A stretch of DNA of 63,778 nucleotides, counting the filler, from Acidimicrobiia bacterium (lineage in GTDB: Bacteria > Actinomycetota > Acidimicrobiia > Spongiisociales > CAZKJJ01): NCBI GenBank assembly GCA_046759765.1. It is 4 parts of 4 records of this genome, joined end to end, with 100 filler letters (N's around TTAATTAATTAA, not from the genome) between each part and the next. Parts side by side here need not be neighbours in the genome. Positions count along the whole stretch, not along the records: positions 34,198 to 50,942 come from JBHICV010000044.1; positions 51,043 to 63,778 come from JBHICV010000060.1; 2 more parts are not named here. The stretch is one strand, 5' to 3'. Under the pieces are notes generated by a model, which did not search any database, was not told the DNA's origin, and saw only the letters and a program-made list of their open reading frames with translations. Below are positions 48,526 to 58,654 of the stretch, piece by piece. A program made the translations under genes and the position numbers. Position 1 is the first letter of the stretch. Every line of letters starts with the position of its first letter.

Positions 48526-49380
48526 TCAGCCCGGCTGAATCAGCCCGGCGTCGAACCGATGGAGGTAGCGGTCGCCGAGGAGGTTCAGAATGCGCCGCGC
48601 TTCCGAAAACCGATCGGCCACGTCCCGGAGATACTCAGGACCGGCTCCCATCAGCGCCGCCGCGTCATCCACGGCGCGGCGATACCAGCCCGCCCCGGCG
48701 GCTTCGTGGAAACCAAGTCCCTCTGCGAGTGCCCCGATCGAGCCAATGCCGGCGGAGCGGGCCAGGCTCTCGCGTTCGGTTGGCGCCAACGGGTAGCGGG
48801 CCGTGTGATCAGGAAACACCCCCGACAGGAACAGGGCCACGTCTCCCAGCCTGCGATACCCGGCGGGCCGATGTGCTGCGGGAAGGTGATCGACCATTTC
48901 GACCAGTCGGACCGGGTCGAGCTCGCTGTAGCGGCGCCGCCGGTAGCCCCGCCGGGTGCGGACCCAGATGCTCCCGCTGGCGACCTTGGTGAAAGATGCC
49001 AGGAGCTCGATGAGGAAGAACCGCCGGATGCCCTGGTCGAGAAAGTCCCGAAGCGGCCCGACGTCAAACACCGGCAATCTTCGACCGGGACCGGCCCACT
49101 CCGGAACATACTCGTCTGAGGCCAGGTCACGTCCCAGCCGATGCACGAGCACACCGAAGGCAAGAAACGGCGTGATCCGAGACCAAGCCTCCGGCTCTTC
49201 TTGGGAAAAAACGGCGTCGAACAGGTCGGGCTTCGCCAGCAATTCATCCAGCATCTCGGGGCGTTCGGATAGACGCGCTCGAAACCGGGCCCGCTCCTCG
49301 GAGGCTCCGGCGGTCATGGCGATCAAGTCGAGATCGCGTTCGCTCAAATGCTCCAAGTAGAGCAGTGGGTAGTTGAGCAC
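48526..49380 (-). CDS. hypothetical protein
   Basis: 284-aa helical ORF with RRLGDVALFLSGVFPD; family not recognised. Confidence 0.75.
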   Translation of the reverse strand: MLNYPLLYLEHLSERDLDLIAMTAGASEERARFRARLSERPEMLDELLAKPDLFDAVFSQEEPEAWSRITPFLAFGVLVHRLGRDLASDEYVPEWAGPGRRLPVFDVGPLRDFLDQGIRRFFLIELLASFTKVASGSIWVRTRRGYRRRRYSELDPVRLVEMVDHLPAAHRPAGYRRLGDVALFLSGVFPDHTARYPLAPTERESLARSAGIGSIGALAEGLGFHEAAGAGWYRRAVDDAAALMGAGPEYLRDVADRFSEARRILNLLGDRYLHRFDAGLIQPG

Positions 49381-49489
49381 CGCCTTTCATCGTACGTGCG
49401 AGAGGCACCAACCGTGAACAACCGCCGAGACTGCGACTGTTGACCTCGGTAGCGTCCACCACCTGCATGACCGACCAGCCACCAGGGAG

Positions 49490-50557
49490 ATGGCACTCGA
49501 GCGCGTCGGCACTTTGGTAATAGGGGGCGGCCAGGCCGGTTTGGCCGTCGGCTACCACCTGCAACGGCTAGACCTGCCCTTCCTGATCGTGGATGCCGGC
49601 GACAGGATCGGTGACACCTGGCGCCGGCGGTGGGACTCACTGCGGCTGTTCACGGCCAATCGGCACAACGCGCTCCCCGGGATGCCGTTTCTTGGTCCGA
49701 GTAACGCGTTTCCAGCCAAGGACGAGGTGGCCGATTACCTGCGCGCCTACGCGGAGAGGTGGGAGCTGCCCGTTCGACACGGCGTCGCGGTGACTCGACT
49801 CTCCAAGAGGGGCGAGCTATTTCTGGCCACCTCAGACGACCACGAGTTCGAGGCGGAGCACGTCGTAGTGTCGATGGGGAGCTACCAGTTGCCGAAGATC
49901 CCCGCCTTCGCCGAAGACCTCGATCCGGCCATTGTGCAACTGCACTCGAGCGGATATCGGAGACCATCTCAGTTGCAGGAAGGAGGCGTGCTCGTAGTCG
50001 GAGCCGGCAACTCGGGATTCGAGATCGCTCTTGACGCAGCCGATGGCCACCCAACATGGTTGTCGGGGAGGAGCCACACGTGGCTCGCGTGGCACCCCGA
50101 CTCATCTCTGGGCGTTCTCATCGAGACCGTCACCTGGTTCGTCGGTCACCGACTATTGACTCTCGGCACTCCGATCGGCCGGGTGGTGGGTGCGCGCCTT
50201 TCGCCTCGCTCAGGAGGACCAGTCCGCTGGGTCAAACCGCGAGACATCAAGGCGGCAGGCGTGGAACGAGTCGCCAGGGTCATGGGGACCTCACACGGGC
50301 TCCCCCTCTTGGAGAATGGAAGAGTACTGGACGTGGCCAACGTGATTTGGTGCACCGGCCACCGGACGGACTTCTCTTGGATCGACCTGCCGGTCCTCGA
50401 GGACGGCCGACCCGCCCACGAACGCGGGATCGTCGCCGGCCAGCCGGGCCTGTACTTCGTGGGCCTGTTCTTCCAGTATTCGATCACCTCGTCGCTGCTG
50501 GGCGGCGTCGGCAGGGATGCCGAGCACGTTGTAAGAGCCATCGCCGCCCGACTTTGA
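49490..50557 (+). CDS. flavin-containing monooxygenase (CzcO/ArsO-like)
   Basis: IGGGQAG, WDSLRLFT, LHSSGY, VGAGNSG, WCTG. Confidence 0.9.
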   Translation: MALERVGTLVIGGGQAGLAVGYHLQRLDLPFLIVDAGDRIGDTWRRRWDSLRLFTANRHNALPGMPFLGPSNAFPAKDEVADYLRAYAERWELPVRHGVAVTRLSKRGELFLATSDDHEFEAEHVVVSMGSYQLPKIPAFAEDLDPAIVQLHSSGYRRPSQLQEGGVLVVGAGNSGFEIALDAADGHPTWLSGRSHTWLAWHPDSSLGVLIETVTWFVGHRLLTLGTPIGRVVGARLSPRSGGPVRWVKPRDIKAAGVERVARVMGTSHGLPLLENGRVLDVANVIWCTGHRTDFSWIDLPVLEDGRPAHERGIVAGQPGLYFVGLFFQYSITSSLLGGVGRDAEHVVRAIAARL

Positions 50558-50603
50558 CTCTCGCTACCCTCGTCGCTGGCGGCGGACCGGCAGTCGCCAA
50601 CAC

Positions 50604-50942
50604 ATGCCGTCGGCTGATCAGGTCACCGAGAGTGTCCCGAGTTGGAGCAGACCGCGGCTGGTCGGGAGAACAGAAGACCTCGGTCAGCTCGATCGCCAGC
50701 TGGAACGAGTGCTCTCCGGCTCGTTCCAGGTCGCGCTGGTCGAAGGAGCTGCCGGCGTCGGCAAAACCAGATTGGTCTCGGAGGTGCTTGCTCGGCACCA
50801 GGATGAGTTCACGCGCCTTACTGCTCGCTCGTACCGATGGGGTTCGACAACTTCCTTCGGACCGTGGATCGAAGCCCTAGACCGCCACCTACGTGATAGA
50901 TCGAAGCCGGAGCTGCGCCTTCTCGCCGGGAAATCGCTGGAC
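50604..50942 (+). CDS. STAND AAA ATPase (LuxR/cyclase-associated type), 3' truncated
   Basis: LVGR..L, GAAGVGKTRL, FGPWIEAL; ends at the contig break. Confidence 0.75.
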
Positions 50943-51042
50943 NNNNNNNNNNNNNNNNNNNNNNNNNNNNNNNNNNNNNNNNNNNNTTAATTAATTAANN
51001 NNNNNNNNNNNNNNNNNNNNNNNNNNNNNNNNNNNNNNNNNN
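50943..51042. other. artificial contig linker
   Basis: N44-TTAATTAATTAA-N44. Confidence 0.98.
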
Positions 51043-51081
51043 CTCCGGAGGCCGGTGCTCTATCCCCTGAGCTACGAGGGC
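51043..51081 (-). tRNA. tRNA-Arg(CCG), 5' half (cut by contig end)
   Basis: minus strand GCCCTCG TA GCTC AGGGGATA GAGC A CCGGC CT-CCG-GA G: acceptor strand, D-arm and anticodon loop. Confidence 0.9.
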
Positions 51082-51212
51082 GTGTGACCTGGGAGTTAGT
51101 GGCTGGACGCTCATAGTACAGGTCGGCCTCGACGCCGGGCCGAGGGCCAAGTGGTGCTACCGACGCATTCGTTACTATCGGCGCGTCAATCCGGGCGAGA
51201 ACGGAGGGTGCG

Positions 51213-52271
51213 CTGACGATTCCATTTCGCATCGGTGTCATGCAGCTCACGATGGAGCCTCTGGCTGAGATCGTCGAGCATGCCCGGGCCATGGACGCCC
51301 ACGGATTCGACACCATCTGGCTGGCGGAGGCCTATCCCTGGTGGCGCAAGCACTCGATGGAGGCGAGGTCTTCGACGGCGCTGTCGGCTGTCATCGGCAG
51401 GGAAACCGACCGCATAGCAGTCGGCTGGGGCATCATCTCTCCTTTCACGCGCCACCCCATCCAGGTGGCAATGGACGCTCGGGTGACGCAGGAAGCCGCC
51501 GGGACAGGTCGCTTCTATCTGGGGCTCGGAGCCTCGAAGATCTTCATGGGGGAGATCGGTGACCCCGGGCTGCCCCTCACCGCCGTCGTGGAGAGCATCC
51601 ACATCGTTCGAAAGATCCTGGCCGGAGAGGCCATCGACTTTGAGGGCAAGGTCTTCAACGCTCGAGTGCCCCCTATGCCGCCCGACACGGATGCGCCGCG
51701 GGACCCCGTACCCATCTATATGGCGGGCACGGGTCCCCGCATGCAGCAAACCGCGGGCGAAATCGCGGAAGGGCTGCTGACACCCAGCATCACCACACCC
51801 GATTTCGTGAGGTATGCAAAGGAGAACCTGGTCACCGGTGCCCGCAGCGCCGGCCGTGATCCGGACCAGATCGACATCGGTTGCACCATCGTCGCTTCGA
51901 TCGATCACGACCGGGGCGAGGGTCGAGACGGAGCCAGGGAGATCGCCGGCATGTACCTGGCCAATAAGGTCCAGAACATCCGGGGATCCGCGGACGTGCT
52001 GCTCGAGAAGGCGGGTCTCTCGTTCGATGAGATTCGCCCCATTGCCGAGGCGATGGAGCGAGGAGGGCGCATGGCCGCCAAGGACCAAGTGACGGATGAC
52101 ATCCTCGACAAAACGCGGCCCATCGCAGGAACTCCGGATGATTGCATTGAGGCCATCCAGGCCTATCGGGCCGCCGGTTGCACCCAAATAATGCTCGAGC
52201 TGTGGGGCGCCGAGCGAGAGAAGCAGCTGGAGCTGTTCGCCCGGGCGGTCCTACCGGCGTTCAAGGAGTGA
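51213..52271 (+). CDS. LLM class flavin/F420-dependent oxidoreductase
   Basis: IWLAEAY, GIISPFTRHP, LGLG, MAGTGP, AGTPDDC; first ATG is 51240, but an in-frame CTG at 51213 follows GGAGG. Confidence 0.88.
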   Translation: MTIPFRIGVMQLTMEPLAEIVEHARAMDAHGFDTIWLAEAYPWWRKHSMEARSSTALSAVIGRETDRIAVGWGIISPFTRHPIQVAMDARVTQEAAGTGRFYLGLGASKIFMGEIGDPGLPLTAVVESIHIVRKILAGEAIDFEGKVFNARVPPMPPDTDAPRDPVPIYMAGTGPRMQQTAGEIAEGLLTPSITTPDFVRYAKENLVTGARSAGRDPDQIDIGCTIVASIDHDRGEGRDGAREIAGMYLANKVQNIRGSADVLLEKAGLSFDEIRPIAEAMERGGRMAAKDQVTDDILDKTRPIAGTPDDCIEAIQAYRAAGCTQIMLELWGAEREKQLELFARAVLPAFKE

Positions 52272-53524
52272 AGAACGTGGACCCAAAGCTGGCGCAAGAG
52301 GTCATGTCCTGTGTCGACCGCGATCGCCTCGTGGCGACCGCTTCCGACCTGGTTGCCATCTCCAGCCCCACCGGCTTCGAGGAGGAAGCAGCTGAATACC
52401 TCGCCGGCGTCATGGGCGAGATGGGGCTCGAGGTGACGCTCCAGCCCGTAGAGGAAGGACGGGCTAATTCAGTCGGGCGCCTACGAGGCGCCGGAGTGGG
52501 CCCTTCCCTGATGTTCAACGGCCACCTCGATACGTCGTACTCGGGCGCAGAGCCTTGGCTCGAGGGCGCGGGGTATCGGCCGGAACCCCTGATCCAGGAC
52601 GATGTGCTGGTCGGGCTCGGGATCATGAATATGAAGGGGGCGGTCGCCTGCTACGTGGAAGCTGTCCGCGCGCTGCTAGATGCTGAGCTCGCTTTCGGGG
52701 GCGATGTCGTCATCGCCGGAGTGGCGGGGGAGATTGAGAAGGCGCAGTGGGCCCCTGAAGTGTGGGGTCGTGAGTTCCGCGGATACGGATCAGGAACGCG
52801 CCATCTAGTCGTTAACGGCGTCGTCTGTGACGCCTGCATCCTCGGCGAGCCGACCGAGGAGAGAATCGTGCTCGGCCACTGGGGCAGCATGTGGGCCCGG
52901 ATATCAACCACCGGGCCGTTCTTTCACAGCGCCTTCAGCGAGGGCCGGCTGGCGGAGAACTCGATCATCAAAATGCAGGAGGTCGTCTCGGCCGTCCGAC
53001 CCTGGCTCGGCGAATGGGAGGAGCGGACGACGTATCAGGACCGGAGGGGGGTGGCGAGCATAGGAGCTATCCGGGGCGGGTTTCCGTGGCGGTTGAGCCG
53101 AACTCCGGGCCAGACACACTTGTTCCTTGATCTTCGAGTGCCGCCGTCGCTTCCGATGGTCGAGGCCGATCGGTCATTCCGGGAGCTCGTACGATCGTTG
53201 GAGGACAAGTTCCCCGACTACGGGATCGAGGGAGAGGTGTTCGTGACGGTGCCCGGCTCTGAGATAGAGGAGTCACATCCACTCGTAGCCGCAGTCTCGT
53301 CCAGCCACGAGCTGGTCCACGGCGAACCACCCGTCCGCGACTACGTTCGCTGGGGTTCGGACGCTTCCACCCTAAGCCGGTATGGCATCGCGTCACTCAA
53401 CTACGGACCGATCGCCAGCGCCCTACCCGGGCCAGAAGGAGAGCAAGTCCCGATCAGCTCGCTGGTGGCCACGGCCAAGTCGTATGCGCTCGCTGCGGCC
53501 GAGTTCTGCGGAGTGGGCGCGTGA
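52268..53524 (+). CDS. M20 family (ArgE/DapE-like) hydrolase with atypical metal site
   Basis: SPTGFEE, FNGHLDT, GIMNMKG, GEIE, LGEPT; GTG overlaps LLM stop. Confidence 0.88.
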   Translation: MKNVDPKLAQEVMSCVDRDRLVATASDLVAISSPTGFEEEAAEYLAGVMGEMGLEVTLQPVEEGRANSVGRLRGAGVGPSLMFNGHLDTSYSGAEPWLEGAGYRPEPLIQDDVLVGLGIMNMKGAVACYVEAVRALLDAELAFGGDVVIAGVAGEIEKAQWAPEVWGREFRGYGSGTRHLVVNGVVCDACILGEPTEERIVLGHWGSMWARISTTGPFFHSAFSEGRLAENSIIKMQEVVSAVRPWLGEWEERTTYQDRRGVASIGAIRGGFPWRLSRTPGQTHLFLDLRVPPSLPMVEADRSFRELVRSLEDKFPDYGIEGEVFVTVPGSEIEESHPLVAAVSSSHELVHGEPPVRDYVRWGSDASTLSRYGIASLNYGPIASALPGPEGEQVPISSLVATAKSYALAAAEFCGVGA

Positions 53525-54408
53525 AGCTCGTGACCTTCGAGGATCAGTCCGGTGCTCAGCACCCAGGCGTTCTGCTCGACCAAGAGGTCGTGCCGCTGGA
53601 CGGCCCGGACATGAGGTCGGTTTTCGAGCGGGGCTCCGTTGTCTCTGAGGCCCAAGACGCGAGCGGTCCCGGACTACCTCTCACCGAGGTAACGCTCAAG
53701 GCCCCGATCATCCCCAAGAAGTTCTTCCACACCGCCGGCAACTTCCGCGAGCACGAGGAGGAATCCAAGCGGGTGGGCTGGTCTCACGAGATCGCCCCCT
53801 GGATCGTCTTCTTTCAGAACGTCGACGCCATCATCGGGCCCGACGCTCCAATCGTCTATCCGGATCACCTGACCAAGGAGCTCGACTACGAGCTGGAGCT
53901 CGCCGTTGTCATCAGCAAGCCCGGCAAGCACTTCGGACCCGATGAGGCCCGGGACTACATCGGAGGCTTCGTCATCTTCAACGATGTGACGGCACGTGAC
54001 GTCCAGCGGGAGGAAATGCGGTCAGGTGTCTTCAGCTTCTGCAAAGCGATCGACACGTTCTGTCCGCTGGGACCGTGGATCGTGACGCCAGATGAGGTCG
54101 GCAACCCACATGACCTGGCGATGGAGCTCCGGGTCAACGGGGAGCCCCGTCAGCAGTCGCACTCCAGTCACATGTCGGTGACGATTCCGGAGATCATCGC
54201 TCACTACTCGCCCATGGGCTACAGCGCCGGCGACGTGGTCTCGACCGGAACTGTATCGGGCGTGGCCGCCTTCCAGGACGACGCCGAGTCCTACTACCTG
54301 AAGCCCGGGGATGTGATCGAGTGCGAGATAGAGAGGGTCGGCGTCCTTCGCAACCCGGTCATCTCCTGGGAAGAGGCATACGGCCGGCCTTCCCCAACGC
54401 CTGCCTAG
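53521..54408 (+). CDS. fumarylacetoacetate hydrolase family protein
   Basis: LDYELELAVVI, NDVTARD, KAIDTFCPLGP, GDVVSTGT. Confidence 0.93.
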   Translation: MKLVTFEDQSGAQHPGVLLDQEVVPLDGPDMRSVFERGSVVSEAQDASGPGLPLTEVTLKAPIIPKKFFHTAGNFREHEEESKRVGWSHEIAPWIVFFQNVDAIIGPDAPIVYPDHLTKELDYELELAVVISKPGKHFGPDEARDYIGGFVIFNDVTARDVQREEMRSGVFSFCKAIDTFCPLGPWIVTPDEVGNPHDLAMELRVNGEPRQQSHSSHMSVTIPEIIAHYSPMGYSAGDVVSTGTVSGVAAFQDDAESYYLKPGDVIECEIERVGVLRNPVISWEEAYGRPSPTPA

Positions 54409-54416
54409 GCGAGTCG

Positions 54417-55583
54417 GTGCCATACCCCGTCGATGAGGTCAAGCTGAACCGGGTCAGGGCGCTTCTGGATGCCCAGGGTCTCGACGCCCTCGTCGTCAGG
54501 TCCCCCGACAACGTCGTCTACTTGACCAACTACTGGCCCATGAAGGGTTACGCCTTTGCGATCTTTCCCCGCCTCTGGGAGCCAACCCTCGTGGTCCTTG
54601 AGCCACAGGAAACTGAGGCCAGACGGATGGCATGGACCCCGGACGTGCGGCCGTTCCGCTTCTATGACAGCTCGGATCCCAGGCCTCCCACCGCCCGGGC
54701 GCTCGACAAGTGCTTGGAGGTCCTGCGCGAGAGGGGCCTCACCGGGCGGATCGCCGTCGAGCTGACGCAGGGGAGCCAAGGCGCTGATCGGATGGCGGGT
54801 GAGCCCACCGTCTACACGAAGGATTACTTCTCGGCGTTCGACGAGGCGGCCGAGGTACTCGACGCGGTGCCGTTGCTGACCGAAGCGCGCATGATCAAGA
54901 CCGACCAAGAGATCGAGCGGATGAGATTGGCCAATGAGCTGGCGGCCTTGGGTCTCGAACACGTACGGGACCGCATCGAGGTCGGCATGAAGACCTCCGC
55001 GGTGGCGGCCATGTTCGAGGGCCACGTCCACGAAATCGGAATCGGATTCGAGGGGAAAGTCGATATGGCACGGGCTTTCTCGTTGGTCTGGTCCGGTCCG
55101 GAGATCCGCACGTTCACCCCGACCAGGGACTTCCCCGTCGTTGCCAACGAGCCCACCTTGTTCGAGATCTGGGTCTGCGTTGACGGCTACTGGAACGATC
55201 TGACCAAGAACATGGTCGTGGGCAAGCTGACTCCCCGGTACGAGCGGCTACTCGAGGCCATGCTCGGGGTTTGGCACGAGGCCATTTCGTTCGCCAAGGC
55301 CGGAGCAGAGTTAGGTGAGCTCGATCGGATGATTCGGGAGGGCATCGTTGCCGCCGGCTATGACGAGCCTTCCCATCCTGTGTCCCACGGCGTCGGCGCA
55401 CGAGCCCACGAGCCGCCCTGGCCTCACCAGGCGGGCGCCGGCAACATGGAGGCGGGTATGGTGCTGGCGATCGAGCCCGGCACGTATTTTCCCGAAGGCG
55501 GCGGTCTTCGTCTCGAGGATGACTTTCTGATCACGGCGGACGGCAACGAAAAACTATGCAGGTACCCGGATGACTTCCGCTGA
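54417..55583 (+). CDS. M24 (Xaa-Pro peptidase-like) family protein
   Basis: RMIKTDQEI, GYWNDLTK, HGVG..HEPP, IEPG, LRLEDD. Confidence 0.9.
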   Translation: MPYPVDEVKLNRVRALLDAQGLDALVVRSPDNVVYLTNYWPMKGYAFAIFPRLWEPTLVVLEPQETEARRMAWTPDVRPFRFYDSSDPRPPTARALDKCLEVLRERGLTGRIAVELTQGSQGADRMAGEPTVYTKDYFSAFDEAAEVLDAVPLLTEARMIKTDQEIERMRLANELAALGLEHVRDRIEVGMKTSAVAAMFEGHVHEIGIGFEGKVDMARAFSLVWSGPEIRTFTPTRDFPVVANEPTLFEIWVCVDGYWNDLTKNMVVGKLTPRYERLLEAMLGVWHEAISFAKAGAELGELDRMIREGIVAAGYDEPSHPVSHGVGARAHEPPWPHQAGAGNMEAGMVLAIEPGTYFPEGGGLRLEDDFLITADGNEKLCRYPDDFR

Positions 55584-56770
55584 TGCTTGACCGATCGAAG
55601 ATATGGACGGGCGACCTCAACGCCCGGGCGGTGGATACCAGCCCGTTCCAGAAGGCGGGCCCGGTGGGCCTCTACGACACAACGCTCCGGGACGGCGAAC
55701 AGACCGTCGGAGTTGTGCTCGGTCCGGAGACCAAGCTGGAGATAGCCAGGGCGCTCGACGAGCTCGGAGTCGATCGGATCGAGGCCGGGTTTCCGATGGT
55801 GTCCGTCGACGATGCGAAGGCCTATGAGCTGATCCTCGAAGCTGGGCTAAGCGCCGAGATCTGGGGCTTCTCCCGGGCACTGCCAGGCGACGTCGATCAG
55901 CTGGTGTCGCTGGGGGTGCGCCACGCGGTGATCGAATCTCCTGTTTCCGACGGAAAGCTGGCCGCCTACGGCATGAGCCGCGAGAAGGTCACCGATCGAA
56001 TCCGGAGCGCCGTCTCCTACGCCAGCAGCGAAGGGATAACGGTCTGCTTCTTCGGCGTCGACGGAACCAGGGCCGATCCCGATTTCCTTGCGGAGGTATA
56101 CGCGGCTGCGATCGACGCCGGGGCTAAGGAGCTGGCGGTAGTGGACACACTCGGTATCGCCTCTCCCGAAGCAGCCGCCTTCCTCGTGAGGACAAGCCGC
56201 GAATCAGTCGGCGACGACGTACCTATCCATTGGCACGGCCACAACGACTTCGGGCTGGCAACGGCGTGCGCGCTCGAGGCGGTCCGCGCCGGCGCCACCT
56301 GGATTCAAGGAACGATCAACGGGATGGGGGAGCGCGCCGGCAACACCAACTTGGGGGAGTTCGCGCTCGCTCTCGAGGCCCTGTATCACGGTGCGACGAA
56401 TCTCAGGTTCGAGAAGCTGAACGAGACCGCCAAGCTGGTGCAGAGACTGTCGGGCTACGACCTCGAGCCCTGGAAACCTGTCACCGGCGAGAACCTGTTT
56501 CGCAGAGAGAGCGGGGCCGTCGCCAGCCAGTTCCACGACCCGCCTGCGATCGAGCCTTACTCGTCGGAGCTGGTGAAGGCACAGAGAGCCATCGTGCTCG
56601 GCAAGAAGAGTGGCCTTGACAGCATCAAGATAAAGCTCGACGAAATGGGGCTCGAGGTTCCCGAGGATCGGCAGCCGGACCTTCTGACAGCCGTGAAAGA
56701 GCTTGGGAGCGCAGAGCAGCGGCTCGTCAGCGATGAGGAGTTCCGAGAGCTAGTCGCCAACCTGACGTGA
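55583..56770 (+). CDS. homocitrate/isopropylmalate synthase-like DRE-TIM enzyme (no regulatory domain)
   Basis: DTTLRDGEQ, IEAGFP, HGHNDFGLA, NGMGERAGN, LGKKSG. Confidence 0.9.
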   Translation: MLDRSKIWTGDLNARAVDTSPFQKAGPVGLYDTTLRDGEQTVGVVLGPETKLEIARALDELGVDRIEAGFPMVSVDDAKAYELILEAGLSAEIWGFSRALPGDVDQLVSLGVRHAVIESPVSDGKLAAYGMSREKVTDRIRSAVSYASSEGITVCFFGVDGTRADPDFLAEVYAAAIDAGAKELAVVDTLGIASPEAAAFLVRTSRESVGDDVPIHWHGHNDFGLATACALEAVRAGATWIQGTINGMGERAGNTNLGEFALALEALYHGATNLRFEKLNETAKLVQRLSGYDLEPWKPVTGENLFRRESGAVASQFHDPPAIEPYSSELVKAQRAIVLGKKSGLDSIKIKLDEMGLEVPEDRQPDLLTAVKELGSAEQRLVSDEEFRELVANLT

Positions 56771-57717
56771 CTTTCGATCGAGTGTGCATCGTCGGAGCCG
56801 GGACGATCGGCAGCCTGTGCGCGGTGCACCTCGCCCAAGTCGCCGAAGTCTCGGTGCTGGTTCGTCGGGAGGAGCACGCCCGAGCTCTGACCGAGAGAGG
56901 CTTGAGGGTGACGGGCAAGTCCGAGTTTCGATCTGAGCTCTTCGCCACGACCGACCCGACGGCCATCCCCAGTGCCGGGCTGGTGATCGTCGCCACGAAG
57001 GCGACCCAGCTCCACGAGGCCGTCGCTCCACTGAGTGGGTCGCTGCCCGAGGCGATATTCATGACGATCCAGAACGGGATCGGCGCCGAGGAGGTAGTGG
57101 CGTTCTACGGAAGCTGGCCGATTGTGTCCTCGGTGACCTTCATGAGCGGAACGCGGCACACCGACGACCACATCGAGTACGAGCTCGACACTGCCACCTG
57201 GATGGGCCCGTTCCATCCCAGCGGCACGTCCATTGAAGACGTCGAGAAGGTGGGCGACACCTTCGTCAAAGCCGGCCTCAAAGTGGAGGTACTGCCCGAC
57301 CTACGTCCTGCGCAGTGGTCGAAGCTGATCTTCAACTCGGTGGTCAACGGCGTCGCCGCCCTAACCGACCTGCCCCATGTCGGCCTCTTTGCCCGGCGGG
57401 ACCTGCCGACTGATCTGGGCTTCCTCGTCTGGGACCTGATAGAGGAAGGCAAGGCGGTAGCCCGCGCTCTCGACATCGAGCTCTTTGAGGACCCGTGGGA
57501 GATGAACGTCGAGGCCGTATCACACGGCCAGACCGATTACGACGAATACGCCCACGTTCCCTCGATGCTGGCCGATGTGAGGGCAGGGCGTCGAACTGAG
57601 GTCGACTTCATCATCGGATCGCTGGTGAGAGAGGCGGACAAGGCAGGGGTGGATGTTCCCCTGAGCCGAGCGCTCTATCGGCTAGTGAAAGCCCGCGACG
57701 GTTCCTACGACGACTGA
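56767..57717 (+). CDS. ketopantoate reductase (ApbA/PanE) family protein 1
   Basis: VGAGTIG, IQNGIG, WSKLIFN, SMLADV, RTEVD. Confidence 0.9.
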   Translation: MTFDRVCIVGAGTIGSLCAVHLAQVAEVSVLVRREEHARALTERGLRVTGKSEFRSELFATTDPTAIPSAGLVIVATKATQLHEAVAPLSGSLPEAIFMTIQNGIGAEEVVAFYGSWPIVSSVTFMSGTRHTDDHIEYELDTATWMGPFHPSGTSIEDVEKVGDTFVKAGLKVEVLPDLRPAQWSKLIFNSVVNGVAALTDLPHVGLFARRDLPTDLGFLVWDLIEEGKAVARALDIELFEDPWEMNVEAVSHGQTDYDEYAHVPSMLADVRAGRRTEVDFIIGSLVREADKAGVDVPLSRALYRLVKARDGSYDD

Positions 57718-57729
57718 GGGGTTAACGAC

Positions 57730-58650
57730 GTGCAAGTCGGTGTCATCGGTTGCGGTGCGGTCGGAAGCCTCTTCGCTGCCCACCTCGCCGGGCTCGAAGA
57801 TGTCGAGGTGTGGGTATACGACGTAGACGAGGAGCACGTAAAGGCCATCAACTCCGGCGGCCTCCGCCTCACCGGAGTAGGCGAAGTTCACTCGCACCCC
57901 ACCGCCACGACCAGCGCGGCCGACCTACCGGCGCTCGACTTCGGGATCGTCGCCACGAAGGGGATGCATACCGAAGCGGCCGTCGCTGCCACGGCCAAGG
58001 CGTTCGAGCAGGGGGCGGTCTGCTCGGTTCAGAACGGGGTCGGCAACGAAGAGGTGATCGCACAGCACGTGACCAGCGTGATAAGAGGCACTACCTTTCC
58101 CGCCGGGCACGTGCTCGGTCCCGGAGTGGTCCAGTGGGACACGGCCGGGGCAACCTGGATCGGCCCGTTCGAGCCTCGCCCGGCCTCCATGGAAGACGTC
58201 CAGATGCTTGCGTCCGTCCTCACCCGATCGGGAATGGAGACGGTGGCTCTCGAGGACGCTCGGGGTGCCCAGTGGACCAAGCTGGTCTTCAACGCCGCCA
58301 GCAATGCCCTTTGCTCGCTCACCGGCCTGGCGCACGGTCGGGCCTGTCTCCACCCCGACGTCCGCTGGGTAATGGACGAGGTGATCGAGGAAGGAAAGTC
58401 GGTGGCTGCGGCCCTTGGGATCGAAATGGAGAAGGACCCGGCGGTGCTGCTCGAAGAGAGCATCGAAGTCGCCTTGGACCACAAACCGAGCATGCTCCAG
58501 GACGTGCTGGCTCACCGTCCCACGGAGATCGATCAGCTCAACGGCGGGATCTGCCGGTTCGGGGACGAGGTGGGAGTGCCGACACCGCTCAACCGGGCAG
58601 CTTGGTACCTCGTCAGGGGGTTGGAGGCGTCGTGGCAGGAGGGGGAGTGA
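57730..58650 (+). CDS. ketopantoate reductase (ApbA/PanE) family protein 2
   Basis: IGCGAVG, VQNGVG, WTKLVFN, SMLQDV, TEIDQLNG. Confidence 0.9.
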   Translation: MQVGVIGCGAVGSLFAAHLAGLEDVEVWVYDVDEEHVKAINSGGLRLTGVGEVHSHPTATTSAADLPALDFGIVATKGMHTEAAVAATAKAFEQGAVCSVQNGVGNEEVIAQHVTSVIRGTTFPAGHVLGPGVVQWDTAGATWIGPFEPRPASMEDVQMLASVLTRSGMETVALEDARGAQWTKLVFNAASNALCSLTGLAHGRACLHPDVRWVMDEVIEEGKSVAAALGIEMEKDPAVLLEESIEVALDHKPSMLQDVLAHRPTEIDQLNGGICRFGDEVGVPTPLNRAAWYLVRGLEASWQEGE

Positions 58651-58654
58651 GCTC

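Noticed and set aside
17228..51042. Recurring TTAATTAATTAA flanked by Ns at ~16.8-kb intervals
   Set aside because: Artificial six-frame-stop linkers between apparently size-sorted contigs (16770 and 16745 nt); not a biological repeat, and neighbourhoods across them are meaningless
51043..51081. tRNA as an integration site of an island
   Set aside because: The tRNA 3' end is cut by the contig break, and no integrase or att repeat is visible
55583..56770. leuA or nifV assignment
   Set aside because: No LeuA regulatory domain and no leu, nif or lys context; only the family is supportable
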